From the NCBI GenBank assembly GCA_964016885.1, contig OZ024764.1, forward strand, positions 23,126,001-23,190,000: 64,000 nucleotides of DNA, written 5' to 3'. The position numbers were made by a program, and so were the translations under genes. How positions within the stretch are numbered: position 1 is the first letter of the stretch; each line of letters opens with the position of its first letter. A model generated the notes under the pieces. That model did no database searches. It worked only from the letters and a program-made list of their open reading frames with translations, and was not told the origin of the DNA. The stretch is from Eledone cirrhosa. Lineage: Eukaryota. Below are positions 12,988 through 28,158 of this stretch, piece after piece.

Positions 12988-13630
12988 TATCATCATCACT
13001 GTTTAACATCAGTTTTTTCACGCTGGCATGGGTTAGACGAGTTATCCTGTTGTAAGCAAGGCCAGGTCAGGTGATCACGTGTTGCTCCTACAGAACAAAT
13101 TTTGGATTGGTTTCTACAGCTGGATGCCCTTCCTAGCACCAACCTTATTTACATTGAGTACTGGGTGCATTTTACCATCTCACCATCACGACCTCTTTAC
13201 AGTGTGGGCTGGGTGCTTTTTGTTGTGACACCTACATAACCACTTTACAGTGTGGGCTGGGTGCTTTTTGTAGTGACACCTACATGACCACTTTATAGTG
13301 TGGACTGGGTACTTTTTGTTGTGACACCAACATGACCATTTTAAAGTTTTGGCTGGGTACTTTTTGTTGTCACCTACATGACCACTTTACAGTGTGGGCT
13401 GGGTACTTTTTGCCGTGACACCTATGCGACCGCTTTACAGTGTGGGCTGGTTTCTTTTTGTCATATCACCTACATGACCACCTTATAGTGTTGGCTGTGT
13501 GTTATTTGCAGTGTGGGCTGGTTTCTTTTTGTCATATCACCTACATGACCACCTTATAATGTTGACTGTGTGGGTTGGGTGCTTTTTCTCATATCTCCTA
13601 CCCAACCACTTTGCAGTGTGGGCAGTGAAA
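12988..13630 (-). mobile_element. RTE-type 3' tail with expanded 48/71-bp minisatellite (copies ~28920-29495, ~45033-45920, ~47458-47880)
   Basis: (CAT)n tail; gctggcatgggttagac and ctggatgcccttcctagcaccaacc shared with the 3' UTR of the RTE at 43730-43870. Confidence 0.75.
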
Positions 13631-14445
13631 TATCAGTAATGCACCAGCTCCAATATTCAGTAATCAGAAGAAGGGAGGTAGGCATAAAAGCCAAACTTGC
13701 TGTCTTCAATTAGGTTTTTGTGCCAACCCTTACCTATGGTCACATATCTTGGGTAATGACCAAAAGAATATGATTGGGAATACAAATGGCAGATATGGGA
13801 TTCCTCTGAAGGGTCTTTGAAGGAACGTTTCTCAATAAAGTGCATAGCTCTGAGATCAGAGAGTCACTCCAGGTGGAGCTGTTACTTCTCCGAATTGAGA
13901 GATCACAGCTGCAATACTATGGCTATGTGGTTAGAATGTCTGAGGAAAGAATCACTGGATAGATTTTACAGGCTAAACTAACCGGCAGGAGACCCAGGGG
14001 TAGACCTGAGCAAGATGGTCACATAACATCCATGAGCTTGGCTGATCTCTCTGGGAGATCCAGCCACATAAGTTGGAGTGGGTTGCTTCTGACAGGACCT
14101 GTTGGAGGGAGTGTTTGAGGACTCTGCCCTCAAGACCCTCTCTGGAATAAGAAGAGGTTGAGGTTACAAAATCAACATCAGATTTCCCTGCTAGCAAGGG
14201 TTTAATGAGTCTACTTCAACCAAGTAAGTACTGAAGTGAGGCTACTGATCTCTAGACAGACCAAGGATCTGAGACTTATTTACATAAGGTCTCATTTGCT
14301 ACTGAGTGCACAGAAAAGGTTGTCATGTCTTTGTCATGATTGAAGGGTTCTCCGACACTATTGTTGGGCAAGCTTTCTATGGCTAGATGTCCTTCACATG
14401 ACCAACCACATTACAGCCTGTGTTGGGTGTGTTTATCATGTAGGT

Positions 14446-16385
14446 GAGGCATAACAAACTGAGGGTTGCCCAAGGTCCACATAGGTCACATGTGTTGTCT
14501 GAGGGTTGCACACTGCAACTAATTATGTACACAACAACTAATTAAAGTCATTTAATAAAATATATTGCAGAGAGATTTGTTACTTAAATTTAGAAACATA
14601 CAATGTACATACAAATGTTTTAGCAGCATTCATGAATACAAAATTAATGAAGTAGTTTGACAAAAAACTAAAATTTCACATGTCAACATATACTTGCAGA
14701 TTGTAACAGCAACAAATACATTGTACACAAATAACAACAGTTGAAAACTGAACATTTATTTGCTACTATTCAACCATTTTTAGTGTTTTGTCCTGAGGCT
14801 TGACACTTCTTTCTGTTGACTATTTTAGGTATATCTGGCTGAAATGTCTGTACAGTTCCAACTTTAATCAGATGACAAGTGTTGATCAGTCAGCCTTGTT
14901 CTCTGAGAAGTTTTTGTTAATTTCATGAAGGAAAATAACTGTCCACTCACATAGGCAGAACCAAACATTGCCATAATCTTTGTGACGAACTTTCTGATGT
15001 TAATAAACTTTTCAGAAAGGTATGAAAAGAAACCAGGTATCCTCACTACAAGATACTTTGTTCTGAGTGTAGAATCTGACTGCATTTCCAATAGTCCCAT
15101 CTGCAGGCGTTCTTCTGCCTTCATCAAAGGTGAATGGTGCTGAGAATAATGTAAACTGATGTTCAAAAAATGAGAAATCACAAAATCTTTCCTGAAATTA
15201 ATTTAACAACAATTCCAGGTGACTGTCATACTTAGCTAAGCTAAATACAGACTCAGTATTGGCAGTGTTTTTCAGTTCTTTGCACATAGGGAAATGAACT
15301 AAATTTTCAGCTGACAACGGAGATTTCCATAAGCTTAGATTTCTAATGAAGCACTTGATGTCATCATTCAACTGATTGATGGGTTTGTCTTTACCTTGTA
15401 ATTTCAAGTTAAGATCAGTTAATTGTGCAGTAATATCCACAGCAAAAATCAGGTGTTGGAGCCAACTTTCATCTTTTATTTCATCTGTGTTTTAACCTTT
15501 TATCTCCAAAAACACAATTATTTCTTGTCTCAACAAATAGAATCTTTTCAGCACTTTGTCACATGTCAACCAGCAGACTTCTGTGTAGAATGGAACATCG
15601 GTGAACTGATTATCCATATCTTCTAATAGAAACATGGTCAAACCTTGATGATACAGCCTTTAACTGTTGTTTCAGATCACCTGACGTTTCATTAATCTGT
15701 TGGCAACAGTATTCCTGGTTAATGAAATGTCTTTGAATAACTCTGCTTTCTCTGGAAAATATCAGCTGTTTTTACAAGACATTGCTTTACAAAATCTCCT
15801 TCACTGTAAGATTTCCCACTCATGGCAATCATTTGACTGAGTTCATAGCTTGCAGTAACGGAAGTGACATTCTCTTCCTGAATTAACATAAAACAGGTCT
15901 GTTGCTGTGTCAAGTTAGACTTCAATTCCTTGATTCTTGAACCACACATTGGGCCTTCATATTTATCGTAAGAACGAGGGTTTGTTTCATGATGTCTTTT
16001 TGAATTGTACTCTTTTGGCCTGGCGATGTAGTTGTTGCAAATTAAACAGTATATCTTTCTGTTCACCATTGGACAAAAATACTGTAATTCCCACTTTTCT
16101 TGAAACACTTGCCCTTCTTCGTTCAATTTCCTTTTTCTCTTAGCTGGAGGAGCACTAACCATTTCAAAAACGAAATCTTTTGAAATTTTGAAAGAAAGTT
16201 TTCTGTTAATGAGCTGCACGTGATTAATGGAAGTTAAAAGTAGTTGACAAAATTTGCAAAAAAAAAATAATTGTATCGAAAATGTTTTAAATTTTATATT
16301 ACGAAAATGAAACATGCTCGCACTGTAAAAACCTTAGTGTGGGCCGCAGGTTTGCTAGCAAAGGGCTGCATGTCTGACATGTCTG
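14446..16385 (-). mobile_element. Decayed hAT transposon, copy 2
   Basis: Same ATGTAGGT TSD; internal deletion at ~15623 removes the AIDE catalytic segment. Confidence 0.9.
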
Positions 16386-18349
16386 ATGTAGGTTACCAAC
16401 ACTAGGGAGGGCAGCATGTCCTTCAGTGTGTTCTGCTACATTTACTACCTGGAGGTCACCACATGACACAAAGACTACATTTCAAAGAAGGGTCATAAAA
16501 GAACTAAATACGAAAGTACCCACAGCAACAAGCAAATAATTGAACTTTGGGTCTAGGTCAAGGGGCAGAAGTGCTGCGCCCTGTGGATAAGACTGCAAAA
16601 GTATTCGCCCCGGGCGATGGACAGTGACACCCACTGCAACAGCCACCCCAACCTCATGGGACTCCCTCTTCAGAAGGGCCACCAACGTTCTGATCTTACA
16701 GAGGAGCTTGGCAGTACGGGGTCCAAGTACTTCTGAGGTCTCGATGGTGACCGGTGTGAAGAGGCCTACAATTGATGTCATCCCAGTTATGTCGGACTGT
16801 AATATACTGGGGTATAGAGAGGCCTTAACCTGTCTCAGCCGGGCCACCCAGGGTTGTGTCATCTAGGTACCAGACAGGGGGAACTAGACCATGTTGTCAA
16901 CTGTCAGCACCAATAGGAGTGAGGCGAGTGGGTCCCCTTGCTAGACACCATATATAAAACGTATTTGCTAATTACTTTAATGAATAATTTGTTTCATACG
17001 TAATTATTACTTTTAACACAATAGGATTTTGTACACGTGTTTGTTTGAAAACATCTTTCAAAGAAGTATGAGACAGTCTTTTGTAGTGTTTATTATAATA
17101 AATTACTGTATGTTGAGCTGTTTTAACTTCTCCACCTTCCATTATTTTATATTGTTTTTGTAAAAAAACGAGATCTTTTTCATATATATATATGAAGGCG
17201 TGTGGCTGAGTGGTTAGAGAATTGGATTCGGAGTTGTGAGGTTGTGAGTTCGATTCTCAGAATGGGCGATGCGTTATGTCCTTGAGCAAGACATTTTATT
17301 TCACGTTGCTCCTTCTACCTGGAGTTGCAACCGATAGATAGTATTAGCAATTGGAAAGACCAATGGAAACATTGTTTCCTCGGTCCGATTTGACGAAAAG
17401 TTGATCATAAAAAATATATATATATAGAGAGAGAGAAACACACAAACATACACTACTGTATTACATATGTAAAGGGAGATAACTCTCGTTACATCCCTCC
17501 TTCTTTTTGATATACGTACTTTAAATACTTTGTTCAATGGAATCTGCTTTATTTTGTCCTAAGTAGATTTCTGTTTAAGTATTTACGAGATTCACAATGA
17601 TTCACGTAACCAAGTTACTTACATAGAGATATATTTCACATAGAATCACAACAAATGAAAATATTAAGTCAACACTCTGTCAATCAGTCTCACATCACAT
17701 GGGGTGCCGGAGTCTCCCTCTAATACTTTCTGAGACAGTCTTACCTCGAGTGATAGCAAGGCTAAGATGTTGGAACTACCAAACACCCTCATATGTATCA
17801 CCTGACACCTCGGTAAGGAGAGCTGCCAACGATAACAAGAACCTCGTTGTCAGGGACCTATCTCCTCCAAACTTCTCCAACACCACAGACTAGAATATTC
17901 TACTCTTTATTCCCTATCAAATATATTTCAGTCTTGTATCTTGTATATGTATTTTCAAAACTAACTGTCACATTTGTGAGACCCCAGTTAGTGATGTTTT
18001 CGTCTCCCTCCCACATCCTACATGCTGTAGTAAAAGTGAGGGTCACTGCTTCTGTAGACGAACAAAATAAAAGTTAAACTACCAGTAATTATCGGCAAAG
18101 TATTTATTCCAGTCTGTGATGTTTGAGAAGCTGGGCTGCTGACAACGAAGTTGTGGTCACTGTTGGCGGCTGGCTTTACCGAAGGACCCGATGACTCTTG
18201 TGAGGGTACTTAGCTGTTCTGGCAACTTAGCCCCCATATGACCCGATCTTACCGAGATACACGGTGATCTCTGTAAGCGTACTTAGCTGTTCTATTTTAA
18301 TTTCATTTTTATATTACAAACTTTACAGAATTTAATTCCGTAAAAATAT

Positions 18350-18483
18350 TTAACGTCACAAAAAAACATTGAAGCATGCGCAGTGGTGCAGTTGTCGACT
18401 TCCTGTCCACGTGTTAGTCTTCCTACAACATCATTTAGACAACATTTCTGTAAATACTAAACACCTGAGACTATAATGTAAGT
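18350..18483 (+). promoter_or_regulatory. Candidate promoter, non-coding exon 1 and splice donor of ZNF-2
   Basis: GCATGCGCA (NRF1-like, 18374), ACTTCCTG (ETS, 18398), CACGTG (18408), local CpG enrichment, AAT|GTAAGT donor at 18478. Confidence 0.6.
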
Positions 18484-19014
18484 ATTATGTCTATTAATAT
18501 TCTAGATTTAAGCTCACTTTTCACATCACAAATATATATTTTCTTGTTTGTTTCATTACTGGAAATATAAAATGTTATCGTAATTATCTATATTTTACCT
18601 ACCTCTAATTAATTAAAGTGAAAACTTTTGTTGTTGCAGAAAAATAAATTAACAAAACTAAATATTTAAATATTCTAAAGGTCGTTTTTATATTATGTGA
18701 TGATATAATTAATATATTTTATTACAATTGTATAAATTTACAGTAGAATAACGTTGTAAATATGTTTTAAATATATACATAAATAACATAAGTGTGTAAA
18801 TAACATTATAACTTGCTGGCAATTCCTTGAGAAAGACATTACAAATATATTGTCTAAACTGTGTATAATAATATAATTTATTGAACGATAATGATAAAGG
18901 AAAGAAAAACACAGAGGGAGATGGCAATTGACCACCAAGTGTGATAATAGGCCACACCTCACACCTTAGGGGTTAACTACACACTTTGAGGCAAGCCAAC
19001 ACACTGGCAGCATT

Positions 19015-19170
19015 ACTAAGGTGTTGAAATAACCAGGTACCCTCACGAGTATCACCTGACACCTCGGTAAGGTGAGGCTAAGGGGCTGAAATAACCAGGT
19101 ACCCTCACGGGTATCACCTGACACCTTGGTAAGGTGAGTCTAAGGGGCTGAAATAACTAGGTACCCTCAC
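19015..19170. repeat. 61-bp tandem repeat, ~2.5 copies (also ~34703-34857, ~55235-55397)
   Basis: aaataaccaggtaccctcacgggtatcacctgacacctcggtaaggtgaggctaagg; a diverged copy lies upstream of the promoter at ~17755-17820. Confidence 0.85.
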
Positions 19171-19171
19171 T

Positions 19172-19519
19172 GAAATGACTAGATTTGTAGAAAAAGTAGG
19201 GTGAAAGTATACGAAGAGATGTAGTTTCACAGATCTACTCACACCTCACGTTGGGTGGGAAATAATTATTTTTCTTAGATTTTTTTCTAGACCCCTTTTC
19301 AATATTTTCCCTTAGATTCTTGCAATAGACGTTTTATTCCCCAGTATTAGGGTTAGGGTTTCCGTTTTCAGGAAGAAAAGTCGATTGCAAACATCTAAGA
19401 GGTCGAGAAAAATAATAAGGAAAGATAATTATTTCCCAGCCAACTGGAGAAGTGTGTAGCTCTTCTAAACTCTGATAATCCTGTTTCCCACTTCTTTATC
19501 TACAAATCTAGTCGTTTCC
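19172..19519. mobile_element. MITE-like element with ~100-bp imperfect inverted arms and internal TTAGGG (copies 34858-35214, 55398-55757)
   Basis: ggaaacgactagatttgtaga ... tctacaaatctagtcgtttcc; gggaaataattat ... ataattatttccc. Confidence 0.6.
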
Positions 19520-19654
19520 TGCTACTTTGAAGGCCCTATTTATTGATAACACCACTTGTAAATCTTTGTCAACTTTTCATACGTAAATTGTGAATCAGTT
19601 ATTTTTAAACAAACTATCAAAGAAGTGATCTCACAGTAACTGTGTTTGATTTAA

Positions 19655-19865
19655 TCAACTTATTCCCCCAAACATTGTCGACCTTGTGTCTAAATCAGAA
19701 ACTATTATAAGATCTTAAATCAACCTCGTAAAGATGAAGGGCAAATCTAACCTCGGCGGGATTTCAACCCTTTATGTTATGAGTTCAAATCCCACCAAAG
19801 TTAACTTTGTCTTTCATTCTAACGGAGTGGATAAATTAAAGTTCCAGTAACCTACTGGGGTCTGA
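19655..19865. mobile_element. Back-to-back SINE fragments of the same family as 52008-52196 (copy ~35350-35560)
   Basis: gagttcaaatccc...ctttcattctaacggagtggataaattaaagttccagt on +; aacctcggcgggatttcaac on -. Confidence 0.6.
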
Positions 19866-19920
19866 GATATTAAGGTTTGAGTAGATTCTATCTTTTTGTG
19901 TGTTTGTATTTATAATCTTA

Positions 19921-20061
19921 CTAGAACACCTGTGACCTGTTGGGTCACGTTCCCTTTAAAAATAATATTTAAATAATTAAAATGTACACAGACATGTATG
20001 TAATGTAAAATGAAATTAGTAGGCCGATGTATATATATATATATATATATGCGTGTATGTG

Positions 20062-20130
<69 letters not shown>

Positions 20131-20415
20131 GTCACTTGTTATGATTTTATAACTTTGTTCAACAGCACCACCAGCTATCTCTCTCACACACACCCATTAT
20201 CTTTCTCTCTCTATTTATAAAGGTACCAGAAAAACCCCATATCTCGGGAACCTGTGCATTGATTTACGTGAAACTTATTTTATCCCATTTGTATTCCCAT
20301 TTCAGGGTCAACTTCCTTTCAAACTATTTTCCCGTTATGCCCCGTTTTAGCTGTATTACATTACAGACAAGACACAATCACAAAGTTTTAGGTTTATAAT
20401 GTTATAGTATCATGA
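19921..20415 (-). mobile_element. Non-autonomous Helitron-like element (copy 35618-36128)
   Basis: Reverse strand reads A|TC...gtgacc-caaca-ggtcac...CTAG|T; homologous to 905-1237. Confidence 0.7.
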
Positions 20416-20539
20416 TAGGGTAATACAGTTATTTATAGACCTGTGGTAAATGTTGGTTCAGTCCACCCTGGGGGGTGTAAGTGTTGGTTCAGTCTACCCT
20501 GAGTGGTGTCAGTGTTGGTCAATGATAACCTTTATAACT

Positions 20540-20955
20540 AGAGGCCTGTTGGTGAGGACAAGCTGGAAGTGGTGACATCTTTCTGCTACCTGTGTGACAT
20601 GTCAGCTGGAAGTGGAGCCAAGTTCACTGCCATCGTGCTGTGCCACTCCACAGGTAACAAGTTTAGGCAGCTTCTCCTAATCCTCAAGACATGCTGGCTA
20701 CCATTAGACACCATGGGGCAGATTTATAACACCTGTGGGAGAAGTGTGTTGTTTCATGCCAGCGAGACCTGGGCCATGTTATCTGACTGTCTGAATTGAC
20801 TCTGAAGAAATGACAGAGCTATGATCCACTGGATGTGTTGTGTGACCATTGAGGATGATGTCAGCTCAACTGAGCTCCTAAAATAACTGCTGATCGACAA
20901 CCTCAAGGATGTGTTTCACAGGAGACACATGCACTGGTATGGCCATGTTGTGCAT
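20540..20955 (+). mobile_element. Decayed RTE C-terminal fragment (copy ~36253-36668)
   Basis: LEVVTSFCYL, FRQLL, HASETWAM, WYGHV. Confidence 0.7.
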
Positions 20956-23215
20956 TCTCTCTCAACTCATCTATGCTTGGTCGTTGATGCACATTGACAT
21001 TGCACATCCAACGGAGCATACTTGCTTCATTTTTCTCCAGCCATCGCATATCCTCCACAGTTGCTGTCCATGTCTCACTACCGTGCAGCATCACACATCT
21101 CACGCAGGCATCACCAGCCATTCGTTCTTAGGGAGAAACCCTTCTTTGTCAACAGAGCAAGCAGCTCCCTAAACGTCTTCCAACCCATCCTTATTCTAGA
21201 TACTATGGCCTCTGAGCACCCTCCTCCCATGCTAATTTGATCACCTAGATATCGGAAGCTATCAACCACTTCTATAGAACCTATCTGCATTTGAAAAATG
21301 TGTCTATCAATGCGACTTCTACTGTCAAATTTCCCTGTACCTCTACTGCATATGTAGTTTTCCCTACCTGTTAGTTTGCCTGCTATCCCACTACATTTCT
21401 TGTGTACCCAAAAGCTGCATTGTGTACATTATAGAATTTATGCCAGTTCCTTTTCTACATATTGAACAAGGCCATTTCCCTGATGGAATGACAGTTTTGT
21501 CCTCTTTTCTACTCAACACTTGTCTTAGCTAGGTTCACTCTCAGTCCTCTTGCTTCCAACTGCTGTTTCCATAGCCAGAATTTATGCTCTAGCTCCGCTA
21601 CTGATTCTGCTATAAGAACCACATCGTCAGCCTAGAGAAGTTCCCATGGGCAGCCAGTCTTAAACTCCTCTTTTATGGCTTGGAGGCCTATAATGAACAA
21701 GGGCGGGCTGAGGACCGACCCTGATGTACTCCTACTTGTATCTGGAATTCCTTATTAAACTCCATTCCTACCCTCACTTTACTGACACCACCTCTGTACA
21801 TAGCTTGCATTGTCCTCACAAACTATTCCTCTACACCTAGTTTCCTTAGGGACCACCAGATGACAGATTGGGGTACTCTATCAAAGGCCTTTTCTAGGTG
21901 AACAAAAGCTAAGTATAGTGGTTTATTCTTCTCTAAGAACCTCTCTAGTAGTTGTCTCACTAAGAAGAGGGCATCTGTTTGACCCTTTCTCTAAGTTGCG
22001 CTAGTATTCTTTCTGTCACTTTCATAACCTGATCCATCAGTTTTATGCCCATATTATACTCCTCTCCAGAACATCCCCTTTACCTTTACCTCAATTTATG
22101 AGAATACTGCTGCACCAGGCTTTGGGTATGACACCACCATATATAGCTTGATTAATGATGCATGCAACCAGTTTACTTCCTACATCCCCTGATGCCTTCA
22201 GCATCTCAGCAACTATCCCCAACAGTCCAGCAGACCTCCATTTTTCCTTTCCTTAATTACTCTTGGACCCTATAGTCGTCAATCTCAATAGCTGGTCCTT
22301 CTGTCGGGTCTACTGAAGGTAGACCCGACATTTCCAGGCCTCCCTTTTCTGATCATTCGTGACACTAAGTACATCGGCATCATCCCGGACAGATTTATCT
22401 CCAACAACATCCTGATTTGCACTGACACACTGCCTTGCAATGTGGAACACTGCACGCCTCTGATCTTCCCGTCGCAGAACATTGGCAAACCTCCTACTCT
22501 CAGCCTCCCTGCATGCTAAGTAGACCTGACATCTAGCTTCTCTCTTAGTGGCTGTGTATCGGTCTCTACCCCTACAATTTTTCCAAACATTCCATGCTAG
22601 TCTTTTGTCTCTAATGGCTCTATCTACCGTGCTGTTCCACCACCAGGTCACCCTCTGTCTGGTTGGAGCTCTGCTCCAGCCACAAGTTTTATGAGTAACC
22701 TGCAGTAAGTTGTCACGTAAGAAATTCCAGTTATCATCTATGTCATACGACGCTAAAACGTCTTCTTTTTCATCATACACATCTTGAAGGGCTTGCCTAA
22801 ATTTATATTTTAGTGAAAGGTCTTTTAGTTTCTAGACCTTCCTTTTTCACACCTTCTTGTATGTCTCTCTTTGTCTCTTGCTTACTGAGATGTCACTAAC
22901 GACTAACCTATGTTGGGGGATTACATTGTTCCCTGGGGTATGCCTTAGTATTTGACACCATCTATCTGTCTTACTCCCTAACTAGCAAGAAGTCAATCTG
23001 TCTCATGTGCTCACCTGATTGGTAGGTTATTAGGTGGTTGGTAGGTTTCTTGAAGTGTTGCAAATGGTTAGTTCACTTGCATCACAAAATACAAGAAGCT
23101 TCACTCCTTCGTTTCTTGAGCCATAACCATGACCACCATGTACCCCAGTGTATCCATCCTGGAGCTGTCCAACATGACCATTGAAGTCCCCTGCTATTAT
23201 AACTAGGTCTCTGTC
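20956..23215 (-). mobile_element. Decayed, internally deleted RTE-clade LINE
   Basis: MLHGSETW, NEASMLRWMCN, TWWWN, endonuclease GDFN; colinear with the LINE at 61619. Confidence 0.85.
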
Positions 23216-23767
23216 CTTGTGGTTATCTCTACTTATTCCTTTTCTACATATGGAGCAGGGCCACTTTCCTGAAGGTGTCAGGGTCTTCTCTCCTATCCAT
23301 TAGCACTTTAGTTTTGGCTAAGTATATTCTCAGAACTTACCATTTCAAATTCTATATCTATAGCTGGTCATCTACATAGAGAAGTTTCCATAGACAGCCA
23401 GTCTTAAACCTCTCTGTTATGGCTTGGAGAACTATGATGAACAACAGTGGGCTAAGAACTAAACCATGATGAACTCCTACCTGTACCTTCAATTCCTCAC
23501 TAAACATACTTTACTGACATCTTCTCACAAGCCATTCTTCTACACCTAATTTCTTTAACCCTTTAGTATATAAACTGGCCATATCTGGCCAGAATTCTCC
23601 CACATCTTTCTGTTCAAACTGGCCGTAACTGGTCACTTATACTTATGTTAAGGTATTGTTCTCAAATTAAGTAACATCAAAATCTCATCGATTTGATATT
23701 ATGTGAGATAAAGCATTTACTGTGAAAATATAATAGTAAATATAGAGTAATGTGAATACTAAAGGGT

Positions 23768-24416
23768 TAATCTAATGTCACTAATAACTACTTTTATCAG
23801 TCAGTTTAATCTAATGCCACTAATAACTACTTTTATCTGTCAGTTTAATCTAATGTCACTAATAACTACTTTTATCAGTCAGTTTAATCTAATGCCACTA
23901 ATAACTACTTTTATCAGTCAGCATAATCTAATGTCACTAATAACTACTTTTATCAGTCAGTATAATCTAATGTCACTAATAACTACTTTTATCAGTCAGT
24001 ATTATCTAATCTCACTAATAACTACTTTTATCAGTCAGTATAATCTAATGTCACTAATAACTACTTTTATCAGTCAGTATAATCTAATGTCACTAATAAC
24101 TACTTTTATCAGTCAGTATTATCTAATCTCACTAATAACTACTTTTATCAGTCAGTATAATCTAATGTCACTAATAACTACCTTTATCAGTCAGTATAAT
24201 CTAATGTCACTAATAACTACTTTTATCAGTCAGTTTAATCTAATGTCACTAATAACTACTTTTATCAGTCAGTTTAATCTAATGTCACTAATAACTACTT
24301 TTATCAGTCAGTTTAATCTAATCTCACTAATAACTATTTTTATCAGTCAGTATAATCTAAAGTCACTATTAACTACTTTTATCAGTCAGTATAATCTACT
24401 GCCACTAATAACTAAC
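23768..24416. repeat. 39-bp minisatellite, 16 full copies
   Basis: 13-codon period of ORF 23775-24425. Confidence 0.95.
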
Positions 24417-24558
24417 CTATGTTAGTCAGCACATTCTTCACCAAAGAAGGCCTTAGTATTTATTACAGTCCATTTATCAATATAGAAATATTATATGAAA
24501 TTTGTACTGATGTATTACAAGTTTCTGAGTATCTTATAATGTTCTTTTATTATTTCAG

Positions 24559-26239
<1,681 letters not shown>

Positions 26240-26879
26240 CTGTGTCAATATCAAACTCATTACATCATACTACTACAACAAATGTGTAGATCCATCATCC
26301 TTGCTAAAACTGGGGATAACCTTGTAGGTTTTACCTATGACAGGGATCATAAACACCAGGTTTCCATTTTTGAAGTAGTGTTTGAAGATTTTGTGTAAAT
26401 TGAAGTTTTTCACATTAAACTTTGATTTATTATACTTTAACAGGTAAGATATATATTTGTATTTTTAGTAAAGGTTGGGAACTTCTGTAATTTAAACCTG
26501 CCAATAAAATGAAAACTTTTGTTGTTGTTAGTCAGACATTGATATTAATTCTATTGTCCTGTACATTGTCTCAAATATCACAGATTAAACAGATTTTAAC
26601 AAGAACAACAGAAATAAATAACTTGTAAGCCTAATATCTAGCTTCCATTTTAACTATTTGATATTGTTGTTCTCCTCCTATCTCTTCAGGTCTTTTAGAT
26701 TTCAACTTCTATCTACTGTACTATTCCATCACCAAGGCAACATTCATCTGGCTGGCAGCTTACATCAACTACAGATCTCATCAGTGGTTCACAACAGGCT
26801 GTCTGAAAGAAACTTGCAGATATCTTCTATGTCATAGCTATCAATCTCCTCCTCCTTATTATATGTATCATGTAGAACA

Positions 26880-27375
26880 TCTCTGAATTTATATTTAACA
26901 GGGAGATCTTTTACTGTCCCTACCCTTTTCTCTAGGTTGTCTTGTACCTCTCACAGTCCCTCTAGATCTTATATTTAACAAGATCTTTTACTGTCCCTAC
27001 CCTTTTCTCTAGGTTGTCTTGTACCTCTCTCACAGTCCCTATATATATCTTATATTTAACAGGGAGATCTTTTACTATCCCTACCCTTTTCTCTAGATTG
27101 TCTTGTATCTCTTTCACAGTCCCTCTAGATCTTATATTTAACAGGGAGATCTTTTACTAGCCCTACCCTTTTCTCTAGGTTTTCTTTTACCTCTCTCACA
27201 GTCCCTCTAGATCTTATATTTAACAGGGAGATCTTTTACTCTCCAACCCTTTTCTCTAGGTCGTCTTGTACCTCCCTCACAGTCCCTGTAGATCTTATAT
27301 TTAACAGGGAGATCTTTTACTCTCCAACCCTTCTACAGATAGTCTTGTATATGTCATTCCCTCTAGATCTTACAC
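26880..27375. repeat. 80-bp minisatellite, ~6 copies
   Basis: Same unit as 11815-12325. Confidence 0.9.
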
Positions 27376-27662
27376 CTCGTATCTAGTCTATGTTGAGTGG
27401 TACGTCTTTCTCCAGTAAAGGAGTTAATATTCCCAACCATCTGTCTATCCTGTTTTCTGATGAGAATGAAGTCAATCTAGTTTATCTCTTCACCTGATTG
27501 AAGTAACTAGATCAAGTAACTAGATGTTTTCCTGTAAGTTAGTGCTGCAGTGTTTGTGTCACCATGTAAGGTTTATATCTATTAATATAGAGATGTAGTA
27601 AAGTTTTCACTGTTGTATCTCTATTTTCTAAATATCTTAATAATGTTTCTCTACTATTTCAG

Positions 27663-28048
27663 AATATCACATGACCTTGACAGAAAAGAGTCTTTTAAAG
27701 ACAACAGAAAGATGTTACATACAAGTGATATAAACTTGTTTAGTCTGTGGTGAATTATGGTGAAATATTTCTTCTGATTTGAGATAAATAACAACATTTT
27801 CCTTTTTCACTGTCTGGAATATTTACAAGATGACTTTACATTCTGATTAAACTTTGGATATTTACAAAGGAGTTTTCAAAATATTTGGATATTGACAAAG
27901 ATCACATTTGGTAAAATTATGAACAATAGAAATATTTACATCAACATAGGAATATTTTCCAGAAGAGATGGGAAAATCATTATACCACTGTAATATTTGT
28001 GGTAAAATATTCTCTCTTCTTTATATGTAGAACATCTAACTAAACACT
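27663..28048 (+). pseudogene. Relic one-finger ZNF exon
   Basis: Paralog of 409-795; YHCNICGKIFS. Confidence 0.75.
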
Positions 28049-28158
28049 TTAATTAACAAACTATTGTGCTATAGAATTGACAAACTTGAGCAATGTTTAA
28101 TAAATGTTACAGATTTCTCCAAACTATCATTTACTAACGTTAATTTGAAGCTATATTA

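Noticed and set aside
19347-19360. Telomere or interstitial telomeric array
   Set aside because: Only two TTAGGG units, inside a foldback repeat
19910-20193. YIYI/HTHT ORFs and many antisense ORFs over LINEs (e.g. 8249-8860, 41952-43097, 62059-63996)
   Set aside because: Microsatellite translations or shadows of the opposite-strand ORF
23775-24425. 216-aa ORF of MSLITTFISQYNL repeats (also 9554, 56616)
   Set aside because: Chance open frame of a 39-bp intronic minisatellite; copy number varies 3-16
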